Positions 33,035 to 43,005 of a DNA stretch of 64,000 nt are shown here, in pieces (position 1 is the first letter of the stretch; every line of letters begins with the position of its first letter). The translations under genes and the position numbers were made by a program. This stretch comes from an uncultured Planctomycetota bacterium. Lineage in GTDB: Bacteria; Planctomycetota; Planctomycetia; Gemmatales; Gemmataceae. The stretch spans positions 192,001 to 256,000 of the forward strand of contig CAWKHF010000004.1 in the NCBI GenBank assembly GCA_963849325.1, given 5' to 3'. The notes under the pieces are model-generated. The model ran no database searches and had not been told where the DNA came from. It saw only the letters and a list, made by a program, of their open reading frames with translations.

Positions 33035-33055
33035 GGGACCGGGATAGCGTGTCGA

Positions 33056-33268
33056 TCAAGGCACGGGCTGAACGGCCTCGTTAAGAGGCGGCCATTCCTT
33101 GTCGATGCCTTCGTCCTCGATCTGGCGCATCTGGGTCTCGGTGATGTCGTACTGCTTGATGACGTGCTGCACGGATTCGGCGACACTCATCAGCCCGAGA
33201 TCCTGCGTGGTAACGAGCGTGTGAAAAATTTCTTGCCGTTGTTGGGTGGTCAAGCGCTTGGTCGGCAT
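33056..33268 (-). CDS. Small hypothetical protein (70 aa)
   Basis: AGGAGG SD; RQEIF..LV..QD, IEDEG..EWPPL. Confidence 0.7.
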   Translation of the reverse strand: MPTKRLTTQQRQEIFHTLVTTQDLGLMSVAESVQHVIKQYDITETQMRQIEDEGIDKEWPPLNEAVQPVP

Positions 33269-33641
33269 AAGTACCTCCTTCTGGCGTTTGGGACTACGTC
33301 GTGCTCTCCCCCGGGCAACAGGATGCCCCGGCTCGCACCTGGGGCGATGGGGCTGGTGGGACCTGCGCAGCGTCTTCGCTGCATGCCACTCGTGGGGTCC
33401 GTCTACACGGGAGGGCAAAGGGCGCGATGGTTGAGACAGGGATGATGGAGCTTTCTCCAGCGGTTCCCCACCCGGAAAACCGCTTGTCTCATTTCCTCCA
33501 GTATATCCATCCCGAGGTAATTCGTAAGGGAAATTCCAGGATTTTTTCATGCAAGCAAGAGCGGGACGGATTACCCTGGGAAGACGGTTCGGGCCGACGA
33601 ACGGCCCGCCGATACGTGAGGCTCGATTCAGGACCAGGCAC

Positions 33642-35027
33642 ATGAGATCGGATCGACGAGTGACGAACGGGCGGCGAAGCGGCATCCGCACCGCGACGGC
33701 GGTTTTGACCCTCGCCCTGGCGGCCGTCACGCCCTCGGTGGGCGAGGATCGGGCGAGCCAGGGAAAGGGCAAGGAACGGACGGCTGACGTGAAGCCGCGT
33801 ATCGCGGCCGAGTACGACCGGCTGGAGACGCTGTACAAGCACCTGCACGCCAACCCCGAGCTGTCGTTCCACGAGGCGCGAACCGCCGCCCGCCTGGCCC
33901 GCGAGCTGAAGGAGGTCGGCTTCGAGGTGACGGAGAACGTCGGCGGCCACGGCGTCGTCGGCGTCCTCAAGAACGGCGACGGGCCGACCGTGCTGGTGCG
34001 CACCGACATGGACGCCTTGCCGGTCATCGAGCAGACCGGCCTGCCCTACGCCAGCAAGGTCCGCACGCGCGACAAGGACGGCAACGAGGTCGGCGTCATG
34101 CACGCCTGCGGCCACGACATGCACATGACCTGCTGGGTCGGCACCGCCCGCGTGCTGGCCGGCCTGAAGACCAGCTGGAAGGGCACGCTGGTCTTCATCG
34201 GCCAGCCGGCCGAGGAGATCGGCGCCGGCGCCCGGCATGATGCTCGAGGCCGGCCTGTTCAAGAAGTTCCCGCGGCCCGACTACTGCCTCGCCCTGCACT
34301 GCGACCAGCGACGTGCCGCACGGCTCGGTGGCTACACCGAAGGGCTGGCGATGGCCAACGTCGATTCGGTGGACATCACCGTCCGCGGCAAGGGCGGCCA
34401 CGGGGCCGCGCCGCACACGACGATCGACCCCATCGTCCTCGCCGCCCGCATCGTGCTCGACCTGCAAACGCTGGTCAGCCGCGAGACCAACCCGACCGAC
34501 CCGGCCGTGGTGACGGTCGGCTCGATCCACGGCGGCACCAAGCACAACATCATCCCCAACGAGGTGAAGCTGCAACTGACCGTCCGCAGTACCAAGGACG
34601 ACGTGCGCAAGCACCTGCTCGACGGCATCCGGCGCATCGCCGAGGCGGCGGCGAAGGGAGCCGGAGCGCCGCCGCCGGAGGTCCGCGTTCAACCCGACGA
34701 GTTCACGCCGGCGCTGTACAACGACCCGGCACTGACGCGCAAGACGGTGGCGCTGTTCGCGGACGTGCTCGGCGCCGACAAGGTCGAAGAGCCCGGCCGC
34801 CGATGATGGGCGGCGAGGACTTCAGCCGCTATGGCCGGGCCGGCGTGCCGATCTGTCTGTACTGGCTGGGCACGATTGCGCCGGAGCGCGTCGCCGAGGC
34901 GCAGCGCGAGGGCGGCAAGCCGCTGCCGTCGCTGCACTCCGATCACTTCGCCCCGGTGCCCGAGCCGAGCATCAAGACCGGCGTACTGACGATGAGCCTG
35001 GCCGTGCTGAATGTGCTGGGTAAGTAG
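33642..35027 (+). CDS. M20D amidohydrolase, probably exported (frameshifts near 34235, 34315, 34795)
   Basis: HANPELS, RTDMDALP, MHACGHD, QPAEE, GGHG, GEDF, LHS. Confidence 0.9.
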   Translation: MRSDRRVTNGRRSGIRTATAVLTLALAAVTPSVGEDRASQGKGKERTADVKPRIAAEYDRLETLYKHLHANPELSFHEARTAARLARELKEVGFEVTENVGGHGVVGVLKNGDGPTVLVRTDMDALPVIEQTGLPYASKVRTRDKDGNEVGVMHACGHDMHMTCWVGTARVLAGLKTSWKGTLVFIGQPAEEIGAGARHDARGRPVQEVPAARLLPRPALRPATCRTARWLHRRAGDGQRRFGGHHRPRQGRPRGRAAHDDRPHRPRRPHRARPANAGQPRDQPDRPGRGDGRLDPRRHQAQHHPQRGEAATDRPQYQGRRAQAPARRHPAHRRGGGEGSRSAAAGGPRSTRRVHAGAVQRPGTDAQDGGAVRGRARRRQGRRARPPMMGGEDFSRYGRAGVPICLYWLGTIAPERVAEAQREGGKPLPSLHSDHFAPVPEPSIKTGVLTMSLAVLNVLGK

Positions 35028-35339
35028 CGGATCAACGAGGCCGATCGGAGGTCGGGACACGAGGGCTTACCGCCTCGGTGAGCTGCGCCGATTATGCCGG
35101 CGCGGTCATCGCCGACAACGCCTGGCCGGCGATGGGAGAGATTGATTCTCCCTCCTGTCCTCCCCTACAATCGACCTGCTTTTACCAACCTCCCACGCAC
35201 GTCGGGACCGAACCGGCGAGCGGCCACCGGACGGTTACGGACGATACCTTCTCTCCCAGGCACCGGATGCCGGCCGGAAGGGCCGCGATCCGGCGACGCG
35301 GGAGGCGTTGCTACCGTAACCGAAAGGGGAGTCGCAACA

Positions 35340-35720
35340 ATGTCGTTGCCGTCCGATCGCCTGCTGGAAGAGGAAACGCGCGGGAACGTGAGCCTGGTCC
35401 GTCTGAACATGAAGTCGCTCATCGAGTCGAACATCGAGCCGATCCGCACGCAATTGCTGGACCTGGCCGCCCAGCGCGAGGCCCATCACCTCCATCTGGA
35501 CCTGGGCCGGGTGGAGTTCCTGACCAGCACGGGGCTGGGTCTGTTCCTCTTGTTGCACAAGGCGATGCGCGAGTCCGGCGGCCGCCTCAGCCTACACAAT
35601 GTCAAGGAGTTGATCTACGAAATCTTTTCCGTCACCCGTCTGACCATGATCCTCGACGTTCGCCAGGAAGGGCCGGAGGAGCAACCGGAGAGCGCGGAAT
35701 CGGTGGCCGTGTCCGCATGA
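35340..35720 (+). CDS. STAS-domain anti-sigma factor antagonist
   Basis: LDLGRVEFLTSTGLG, IFSVTRL. Confidence 0.85.
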   Translation: MSLPSDRLLEEETRGNVSLVRLNMKSLIESNIEPIRTQLLDLAAQREAHHLHLDLGRVEFLTSTGLGLFLLLHKAMRESGGRLSLHNVKELIYEIFSVTRLTMILDVRQEGPEEQPESAESVAVSA

Positions 35721-35783
35721 GCCGATTCGATGGTTCGATCTCGACGGCAGCAATGCGGAAGCGGGGGGTTCGGCACGTCGGTC

Positions 35784-35996
35784 TCAAGCCTGCTCGAACG
35801 CTGCCCAATCCAGGCCCAGCTGACGGATGGCCGCACGCAGCGTTCCCAACCTCAAATCCCGCCCGCCGTGGTCGGGCAACACCGTCGAGCGGCGTGTGGC
35901 CGGGTTGGTCCATTTGCGGTGCGCCCCGCCGCCCCGTCGCGGCACCTCCTGGCACCCCAGCGCACTCAGCTTACGCGCCGCCTCGCGGTAGATCAC
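35784..35996 (-). CDS. hicA: HicA-family toxin
   Basis: GAH, VLPDH, GTLRAAIRQLGL; GTGA overlap with hicB. Confidence 0.88.
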   Translation of the reverse strand: MIYREAARKLSALGCQEVPRRGGGAHRKWTNPATRRSTVLPDHGGRDLRLGTLRAAIRQLGLDWAAFEQA

Positions 35997-36238
35997 GGCG
36001 CCTCCACCAAGGCGTCCGACCAAACCACCTCGCCTCTGTCCGGCAAAGTCACCGTCGCCGGCAGCGCACGGCCTTCATCGACGTACAACTCAACCACCGC
36101 CGCCAAGGCGTCGCGGGCATTGGCGAACGCCTCGACCAACGTATCCCCTTCGGTCACCAACTCGGGCAGGGCGGGCGAGGTGACCGTGAAGCCGCCTTCG
36201 GGCTGAGGGCTGAACAGCAGAGGAACCCGGTACAACAC
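35993..36238 (-). CDS. hicB: HicB-family antitoxin (short, no DNA-binding domain)
   Basis: EGGFTVTSPALPELVTEGDTLVEAFANARDA. Confidence 0.88.
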   Translation of the reverse strand: MLYRVPLLFSPQPEGGFTVTSPALPELVTEGDTLVEAFANARDALAAVVELYVDEGRALPATVTLPDRGEVVWSDALVEAP

Positions 36239-36384
36239 GGAGCGAGCCTCCCTTCAAGGCCATAACGCGATCCCCGAGTTAGGATCGCACGCCACCGGGG
36301 AGTCGTCAAGCTGCGCCGCCGAACACCAACCTTCGATGCCACCCTGCCAAACGAGTAACCTCCACGACAACTTGCCCTTAGCTA

Positions 36385-36696
36385 CTAGCCCAAGCCGCCG
36401 CGGAGCCGGGCAAGAAGAGAAGAACGCGAGAAACACGCGCTGTCCACCTTGCCTTCTTCATCGCATGTCACGTCGGCTACTCCTCCCTTGCCGACCCAAG
36501 TGAACCAAGCGCCACCGTCACCGCTCTCGAAATCATCTTCTGGTCTTCCGAAAAGAACTCTCACTTCCTCTATCTTCATCCCTATCCGAATCCGTCGGAC
36601 ATTCGCCTCGGTAACGCCCGGCGTTGATTCCAGGCACTGGTCTAGAGCGCACCAGCCCAGTGCCCAGCAGAGTAACACCCATCTCCGCGCACGCAT
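36385..36696 (-). CDS. Small exported/membrane protein, SmpA/BamE-like motif (cassette gene)
   Basis: AAGGAGG SD; hydrophobic N-terminus; IRIGMKIEEVRVLFGRP. Confidence 0.6.
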   Translation of the reverse strand: MRARRWVLLCWALGWCALDQCLESTPGVTEANVRRIRIGMKIEEVRVLFGRPEDDFESGDGGAWFTWVGKGGVADVTCDEEGKVDSACFSRSSLLARLRGGLG

Positions 36697-36750
36697 GTTA
36701 ACCTCCTTGCCTCCCTTCGCCGAACTTGTTCTTCGAGCACGCCGGCGCAG

Positions 36751-36847
36751 TCCTAACGACAAAATTCAGCAGCAGGGCCGGCTGGGAGGACAAGATACTC
36801 CGCATAGCCGTAATGCCGGCCCTGCCTGCTGCAACGGCTGGTTCGGC
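36751..36847 (-). mobile_element. Integron attC site
   Basis: GCCGAAC-5 nt-GTTGCAGC ... GCTGAAT-6 nt-GTTAGGA with extrahelical bases, 6 nt after a stop codon. Confidence 0.8.
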
Positions 36848-36853
36848 GTGGCT

Positions 36854-37493
36854 CTACAATAACTCCACTTTATGTGCGCGAGCAGCGACTTTTCGTAGAC
36901 TATCCGAATAACGCCATGCGGCTGTGCAGATCACGTTATATTCGCTTCTGGCAATTACAAGTGCAGGCAAATCGGTGGAGTCTTGAGTATCTCCGAGAAC
37001 TTCGTCATACAGTGCAGAGAGAACGTCTCTTAGCTTTTCCCATGAGATATCCACCTCGTGCCTCTCCAACTTCCAGCCCCCTTCGGCCAATAATTCCTTG
37101 AGTCGCTCTGGCGATCGATCCACAAAATCTTCCTGTCCAGACTCAGGGGAGAAGTACTCCGCTGGGATGGACCGACCAGGCAATCCGTACAGAGCACCCA
37201 AGGGGATGCGATCGAGGACAAAAATGTCTTGCAGCATCCTTTTCTGGTCCTCGTTTAACGCAAACCACTCGCCATTCTCCCGTATCCGTTCATTCGCGAA
37301 GTCCTGGTGAAGCAGTTTCTCAAGCCAGTCCATGTCATTGGTCAGGATGTTGTGCAACACCCGAATAGTCCCAGGACAGGCCGTCTGTTCCCGGGCACAG
37401 CGCGGGGTCGTTGCTTCTGCCGATTTTCACAGGCTCATAGTGGTCGTTAAACCTCCCCTCCATTTCATGGAAATAGACGTAGCCTGGTGTCAC
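36854..37493 (-). CDS. T5orf172/MUG113 GIY-YIG-like protein (frameshift near 37390; cassette gene)
   Basis: Own translation from GTG 37493 gives GYVYF..KIGRSNDP; second frame QTACP..LEKLLHQDF..R..GEWF; lower GC. Confidence 0.75.
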
Positions 37494-37682
37494 GGTCGCC
37501 CTCCAACTGTTTCACCGCCGGATGGTGGAGCGATAAAATCACAATGGCAACGCATTGCTTCGTTTGCTCTGCCGGGAATCCCTTCGCCGAACCCGGCTTC
37601 GGGCGCGCCAGCGCGCTCGAATCACCGCTATTTCAACTTCACGGCGTTTCTCTGTCGAGCGAAATCCCTACCGGCCGCCGCC

Positions 37683-38679
37683 TCAGTGCGGCGAGCAGAT
37701 CACCGGGATGGCGATGGTTTGCGGCGTCGGCCGGCTGAGGTGGACATGGACGGCGCTGCGCAGGCCGTCGGCGGGGACTCGCGCACCATCGACGCGGACT
37801 TTCAACGTGGCGCGGTGGCCAGGGCCTTGTGCCCAGTGACAGTCGATCGCCGCGTTCCCCGACTCGACGCGCTCGATCCGCACTTCCTGATCGTCCGCCG
37901 CGCTCGAGAAGCACGATCCGCGCCGGCAGCGGTTGACCGGCTGCCTCCGATAGCAGAATCGAGCTAGGGGCCGCGCTCACCTGCTGGCGGGGGCGCTTGA
38001 CGATGGTGAACGGCACCTTCAGCTCAGGATACGTCGGGTCGGACGTGCAGATGCACAGGGACTCGTTATGGTGTCCTTCGGGACAGTCGGCGAGGACTTC
38101 GACCTGGATCGAACGCAGCCATTGGCCGGCGTCGTTGCGGCGCAGCTCGCCCAGGCGGGCGCGGACGTGCGGCGACGACGCCGATACGGCGCGGACGATC
38201 AGCGGCTCCGTCCGCCGGTCGATGACGGTGATTTCGTGGCTGATGGACGTATCGGTGTAGATGGCCAGCGAGGGCGGCTCGACGCTGATCTCCATAACGA
38301 CGCGAGCGCAGACATACAGGGGCAGCTCGTGCTCGACGCCATCGGTTTTATAGTGGATCGTGGTGCGCCAGCTGTTGGCCCCGGCCGGCTGCGTCAAGGT
38401 GTTGACCTCCAACAGCAGCGTGCCGGACTCGCCCGGCCGAAAGCGGCGCTGCTCCAGCTTCGGCGCCAGGCAGCCGCAGCTGGGACGAACGTCGGTGACT
38501 TCGACCGTTTCCCGGCCACGGTTGACGAACACGAAGCGGTGCGACAGCGGTACGCCGCTGCGCACCTCGCCCTTCTCGACGGTCGGTTCGGCGCATTCCA
38601 GTTCGGCGCGGACATCGGGCGTCCACAACAGCGGGATCGGCAGACACAGGACCAGCAGCGCATACGACCGGGCCAGCAT
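37683..38679 (-). CDS. DUF1573-domain exported protein (frameshift near 37905)
   Basis: Signal peptide; FVFVNRG, VRPSCGCL, PGESG. Confidence 0.75.
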
Positions 38680-38776
38680 GAAGTCCTCCCGTCGTTGGCG
38701 ATGAGGAAACCCGGACGATGGGGGCGATCCTCATACCCTTGCCCGTCCCGCGACGCAAGATCACTTCGCCGAAGTG

Positions 38777-38836
38777 GCCGAGCCGCGAGCGTCAGCGAGC
38801 GGTACGGTCTCCGCTCGCTGACGCTCGCGGCTCGGC
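38777..38836. repeat. REP-like palindrome (family B)
   Basis: GAGCCGCGAGCGTCAGCGAGCGG...CCGCTCGCTGACGCTCGCGGCTC. Confidence 0.85.
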
Positions 38837-39035
38837 GTTTGGCTAGGAGAAAAAAATTCCTGCCTGGACGTGACCCGAGACGATTCGTGAGCTAGGTTAG
38901 AGTATCCCGTCAAGCGAGTGTAGGAATTGTACGGCCCTTGCGGCCGTTTCCGCGGACAAGTCGCCGCGGTCCGCCAATCCTCCTCTGGCCCCGTCCGGCC
39001 GTGGCCCCGCGATCTCAACCTCTCGGGGACCAGCC

Positions 39036-40577
39036 ATGCGTAAACCATGTGAGGACGCCCTCCAAGCAGGGCAACCGGCACTCATCGTCACCTACGGCCG
39101 CACGACGCGCAAGCATCGGCCGCTGGACCGCGACATCCTCGTGCTGGGCCGCGCCGCCGGCTGCGACGTGGGCCTGTCATCGCCGGAGGTGGCCTCGGTC
39201 CATTGCCTGATCCTGCGCACGCCCGGCGGATGGCGCATCCGCGATTGCGCCGGCGGACGCCACGCCACGCGCGTCAACGGACGAGCCATCCACGAGGAAA
39301 CCCTGCACGATACCGATGTGCTGCACATCGGCACCTTCACTTTCGAGGTACGTCTGCCTGCTTCGAAGGCCACGCCGGTCCCAGGCAGCACGCCGGTCGT
39401 GGATGATCGCCTGGCGGCTCGCCTCAAACGCCTCCAGCGCTCGCGGCGCAACCTCATTCGCCTGGCCCTGCGGATGCGGCGACGCGCGCGTCCGAACAAT
39501 CCGTCGCCGCCGACGCTGGCGGAATTGGAACAGCAAGCGGCCCGCCTGCGTGCTTTACAGCGCGATTACGAAGCCCTGGTCCAGGAGTACGAGGGACGCC
39601 TCAACGTGCTGGAGAAGGCGGAGCGCGAGGTGTGCGACGAGCGAGCGACGCTGGAGCGCGAGTGCATCGAGCGACAAACGCGCCTGGAGCAGATGGAACA
39701 CGAGTTGGCCCGCCGACAGGCAGAGACCGATTCCCGACTCCAGGTCGGCCGGGAGGAGCGCCCGGAACAATGTTCCCAGACCGGGCCGGCGCACATGATT
39801 ATTCTGCAAACTCCGCCGGCGTCGACCGACGCACCCAGCGCGGCGGCCTACCACGAATTCACCGTTCAGCTCGACCGGCGCAGTCAGGAACTGAATCACT
39901 TCGCCGCTATCTCCGGCGCTCCTGGCAGCAATGGCAACAGCAAGCGGCCGACAACGAGCCGCTTCGGGAAGAGGCCGAGCGCTGGCGGAAGCAGTGCCAA
40001 GACCTGCAGGCCGAGCGGAACGCCCTTGACGCTCGGGCACAGCAACGACACGCGGAACTGGCCGACGAGCGCGACCGGGCACGCGGCGAGGCCGAGGCGG
40101 TGGACGCGGCACGGAAGGAACTGCAAGCCATCCGCGACTCCCTCAGCCGCGAGATCCACGACCGCAACGTCGCACTGGAGAAGCTGCGCCGCCAGCTGGA
40201 CCAGCAGGCAACCCAGGCGAACCTCGAACATTCCGGCGGCTATCGAGCGCGAATTGAACGCTTTTCGTCTGGAGCTGGAGCGCGACCGGCGTGATCTGAA
40301 TGCTCAGCTCGCCCAGCTGCAACAGTGCCAGGCCGACATGGAGGCGACGGCGCGGGAGTCGGAGCTGCAAATGTCCCGCGAACGGGCCGTCATCGCCCGC
40401 GAACGAACGGAGCTGACGCGCTTGCGCGAGGAGGCCCGCATGACCAGGGACCGCGCGGCACGCGAGGGCGGCGTGCGCGAGCGCCTGTCGAACCTCCACA
40501 TTCTCCGGCAGGAAGTCCTCGGCCCCCCCGAAGGCCAAGACAAGGCTCACGGACCGGGCGCGAGGATCGGACGGTGA
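39036..40577 (+). CDS. FHA-domain coiled-coil protein (frameshifts near 39905 and 40240)
   Basis: LGR, VASVH, TRVNG FHA motifs, then long heptad coiled coil. Confidence 0.75.
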   Translation: MRKPCEDALQAGQPALIVTYGRTTRKHRPLDRDILVLGRAAGCDVGLSSPEVASVHCLILRTPGGWRIRDCAGGRHATRVNGRAIHEETLHDTDVLHIGTFTFEVRLPASKATPVPGSTPVVDDRLAARLKRLQRSRRNLIRLALRMRRRARPNNPSPPTLAELEQQAARLRALQRDYEALVQEYEGRLNVLEKAEREVCDERATLERECIERQTRLEQMEHELARRQAETDSRLQVGREERPEQCSQTGPAHMIILQTPPASTDAPSAAAYHEFTVQLDRRSQELNHFAAISGAPGSNGNSKRPTTSRFGKRPSAGGSSAKTCRPSGTPLTLGHSNDTRNWPTSATGHAARPRRWTRHGRNCKPSATPSAARSTTATSHWRSCAASWTSRQPRRTSNIPAAIERELNAFRLELERDRRDLNAQLAQLQQCQADMEATARESELQMSRERAVIARERTELTRLREEARMTRDRAAREGGVRERLSNLHILRQEVLGPPEGQDKAHGPGARIGR

Positions 40578-41953
40578 TACGGCGCCGGCGGATCCTTGAG
40601 TCCGTCGCTGGGCCGGATCGTACCGCGGACGCCGAGTAGCTCCGGGTGTCGGGCCAGCTTGTCGGCGAACGTCTCCAAATCCTTGAGGATGCGATCCAGC
40701 CGCGGCATCGACCGCGCCAGGGAGTTCGCCGCCTGGTCGAGCTGATTGTACAGCGACGGATCTTTCAGCAAGCGCTGAATGGTGCCGTCCTGGTCGAGCA
40801 CGTTCATCAGGCCGCTCAGGTCGGTCAGTGCTCGGTTGACCTTGACCAGGCTCTCATCGGCGTTGCGGGAGATGCTTTCGCTGCGGGCGGCGAACGGCTG
40901 GGTCGCCTGCCGCACGGCGATCATCGCCTCGTCGGCACGGTTGAGCGTGGCGCTCATGTGCTTGGGCAAGGGCCGGCTGTCCTGCAGGATGCCGTCGAGG
41001 TTGCGCGAGATGCTGTCGAAGCGCTCGCTGGCGGTGCGCGAGTTCTTGAGAATGACCATCAGGTTGCGCTGGTTCTCTTCGTTGAGCACGTTGCTGACCC
41101 GCGTCAACACGATGTTGAGGTTTTCGATGGCCTTGGTGATACTGTCCTGGTTGGCCTGGATCCAGACGTTGAGGCGCTCGCCGATCCGGTTCCAGGTGCG
41201 CGCGACGGCGCCGATGTCGTCAATGTTGCGCTCCACGCCGGGAAGAGCCTTGCGTACGTCCTTGGCCAACCCCTGGTATTCCTTGTTGGTATTCTCCAGG
41301 TCGGGGAGAATTCGGCGCACATCCTTGGCCAGATCCTGATATTCCTGGTTGGTGCGGCGCAGGTCGGGGATGCTCTTGCGCACGTCCTTGGCCAGGTCGC
41401 GGTACTCGCGCATCGTCTCCTCGGCCAGCGGAGACATCCGTTCCAGTCGTTGCAAGGAGCGACGGATTTCGGCGAGCGTTTCCTGGGCCGACGGGGCGAC
41501 CTCGGAGGCGCGGTTGAGCAGCGTATTGACGTTGGCCGGCCTCATGCCGACGACCTCGGAACCCGGTTCCAGCGGCGAACGATCGACCTCCTGTCCTTCC
41601 TCGACCGCCAGCGGCACGAAATCGATGCTGACGTCGGTGCCGAGCAGACCGATGTTGAGCGTCGGTTGCTCGTTGCGGCGCAGACTGAAACGCGGATCGA
41701 TGGCCACCCGGACGCGGACGATGCCGCGCTCGTCATCGAGGACCACGTCGCGCACTTCGCCGATGCGCACGCCGGAGCGGCGCACCGGCGTGCCGGGTCC
41801 GACGCCCGGCGCGTCCACGAAGCGGATGGTGTAGAGGTTGCTGCGCTTGAACACGTTCGGCAGACTGCCGAACATAACCACGAGCGTACCCAGCAGCACC
41901 AGCGTCAGCAGCACGAACAGGCCGATACTCCAGCGCATGCTTCGGTCGGTCAT
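40547..41953 (-). CDS. mlaD: MlaD/MCE-family protein with long helical tail
   Basis: N-terminal TM; GTPVRRSGVRIGEV; GLLG. Confidence 0.85.
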   Translation of the reverse strand: MTDRSMRWSIGLFVLLTLVLLGTLVVMFGSLPNVFKRSNLYTIRFVDAPGVGPGTPVRRSGVRIGEVRDVVLDDERGIVRVRVAIDPRFSLRRNEQPTLNIGLLGTDVSIDFVPLAVEEGQEVDRSPLEPGSEVVGMRPANVNTLLNRASEVAPSAQETLAEIRRSLQRLERMSPLAEETMREYRDLAKDVRKSIPDLRRTNQEYQDLAKDVRRILPDLENTNKEYQGLAKDVRKALPGVERNIDDIGAVARTWNRIGERLNVWIQANQDSITKAIENLNIVLTRVSNVLNEENQRNLMVILKNSRTASERFDSISRNLDGILQDSRPLPKHMSATLNRADEAMIAVRQATQPFAARSESISRNADESLVKVNRALTDLSGLMNVLDQDGTIQRLLKDPSLYNQLDQAANSLARSMPRLDRILKDLETFADKLARHPELLGVRGTIRPSDGLKDPPAPYHRPILAPGP

Positions 41954-41962
41954 GGCGATACC

Positions 41963-42853
41963 TCAGGCGTACCGGGTTTGGCCGCGACGCGCAGCGGAGC
42001 GCGGGACGGCCTGCGCTCCGCTGCGCGTCGCGGCTAAACGGATGGACTGCGCCAGCTCCTGGAGGCGGTCGCGAGCCTCGCCCTCGATGAACTGGCGGAC
42101 GCGCGGATCGGGACACTCCCGCAATTGCTCCGGCGTGCCGTCGAAGAGGATCTGGTGCTCTCCCGGCTGCAAGCGACTCAGCGGGTAGAACATGACGACG
42201 CGGTCGGCCACCTTGTTGACGGTCTTCATTTCGTGCGTGACGACGATGCTCGTCACCGGATGCTGCCGCCGAGTTTGCAGGATCAACTCATTGATGACGT
42301 CGGTCATAATCGGATCAAGTCCCGTGGTCGGTTCGTCATAAAGCATGACCTCGGGCTCCAGGGCCAGGGCGCGGGCCAGTCCAACCCGTTTTTTCATGCC
42401 GCCCGACAGCTCCGCCGGCTTCTTGGTGACGACGTTGGGCGGCAAACCGACCTCTTGCAGCCGCTGACGCACGACCTCGCGGACCTCCGCCTCGGCGGTG
42501 CGGCCCTGGCGCGCAGCCCGAAGGCGACGTTGTCGTAGACCGACAGGCTGTCGAACAGGGCGGCGCCCTGGAACAGAAAGCCGAAGCGCAGCCGTTGCCG
42601 CGTCAGCTCGCGCTCGGGCAGATTTTCCAGGTGCTGTGCCATCGAAGACGACCCGCCCCACGGTCGGCCGCAGCAGGCCGATAATCAGCTTGAGCAGCAC
42701 CGTCTTGCCGCAGCCGCTCTCGCCGATGACGGCCAGGGTCTGACCGCGAAAAATCTCCAGGTCGATGGCGTGCAGCACGCGCTGCGTGCCGAACTGCATC
42801 GTCACCTGCTGCAACGAAATCAAGGCGTTGCTCGGCGCCGCCTCGCTGCTCAT
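41963..42853 (-). CDS. mlaF: MlaF/Mkl ABC ATPase (compensating frameshifts about 42640-42500)
   Basis: GESGCGKT, LSGGMKKR, YDEPTTGLDP, VTHE. Confidence 0.88.
   Translation of the reverse strand: MSSEAAPSNALISLQQVTMQFGTQRVLHAIDLEIFRGQTLAVIGESGCGKTVLLKLIIGLLRPTVGRVVFDGTAPGKSARARADAATAALRLSVPGRRPVRQPVGLRQRRLRAARQGRTAEAEVREVVRQRLQEVGLPPNVVTKKPAELSGGMKKRVGLARALALEPEVMLYDEPTTGLDPIMTDVINELILQTRRQHPVTSIVVTHEMKTVNKVADRVVMFYPLSRLQPGEHQILFDGTPEQLRECPDPRVRQFIEGEARDRLQELAQSIRLAATRSGAQAVPRSAARRGQTRYA
41976..42039. repeat. REP-like palindrome (family A) inside the mlaF 3' end
   Basis: Same arms as the other family A copies. Confidence 0.85.
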
Positions 42854-42875
42854 GCTCGCTCATCCTTTCATAGAA

Positions 42876-43003
42876 AATAGGGCATAGGGAATAGGGAATA
42901 GGGAATAGGGAATAGGGAAAGGGAATAGGGAATAGCCGAGGCTTCTCTCTCTTTCTATTCCCTATTCCCTATTCCCTATTCCCTATTCCCTTTTTCTATT
43001 CCC
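42876..43003. repeat. Inverted blocks of GGGAATA/TATTCCC heptamers
   Basis: Tandem heptamers followed by their reverse complements. Confidence 0.85.
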
Positions 43004-43005
43004 TG

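Noticed and set aside
36325-36384. Complete second attC after the SmpA-like gene
   Set aside because: Only the right core GTTCGGC is recognisable; no left core or L-box pairing
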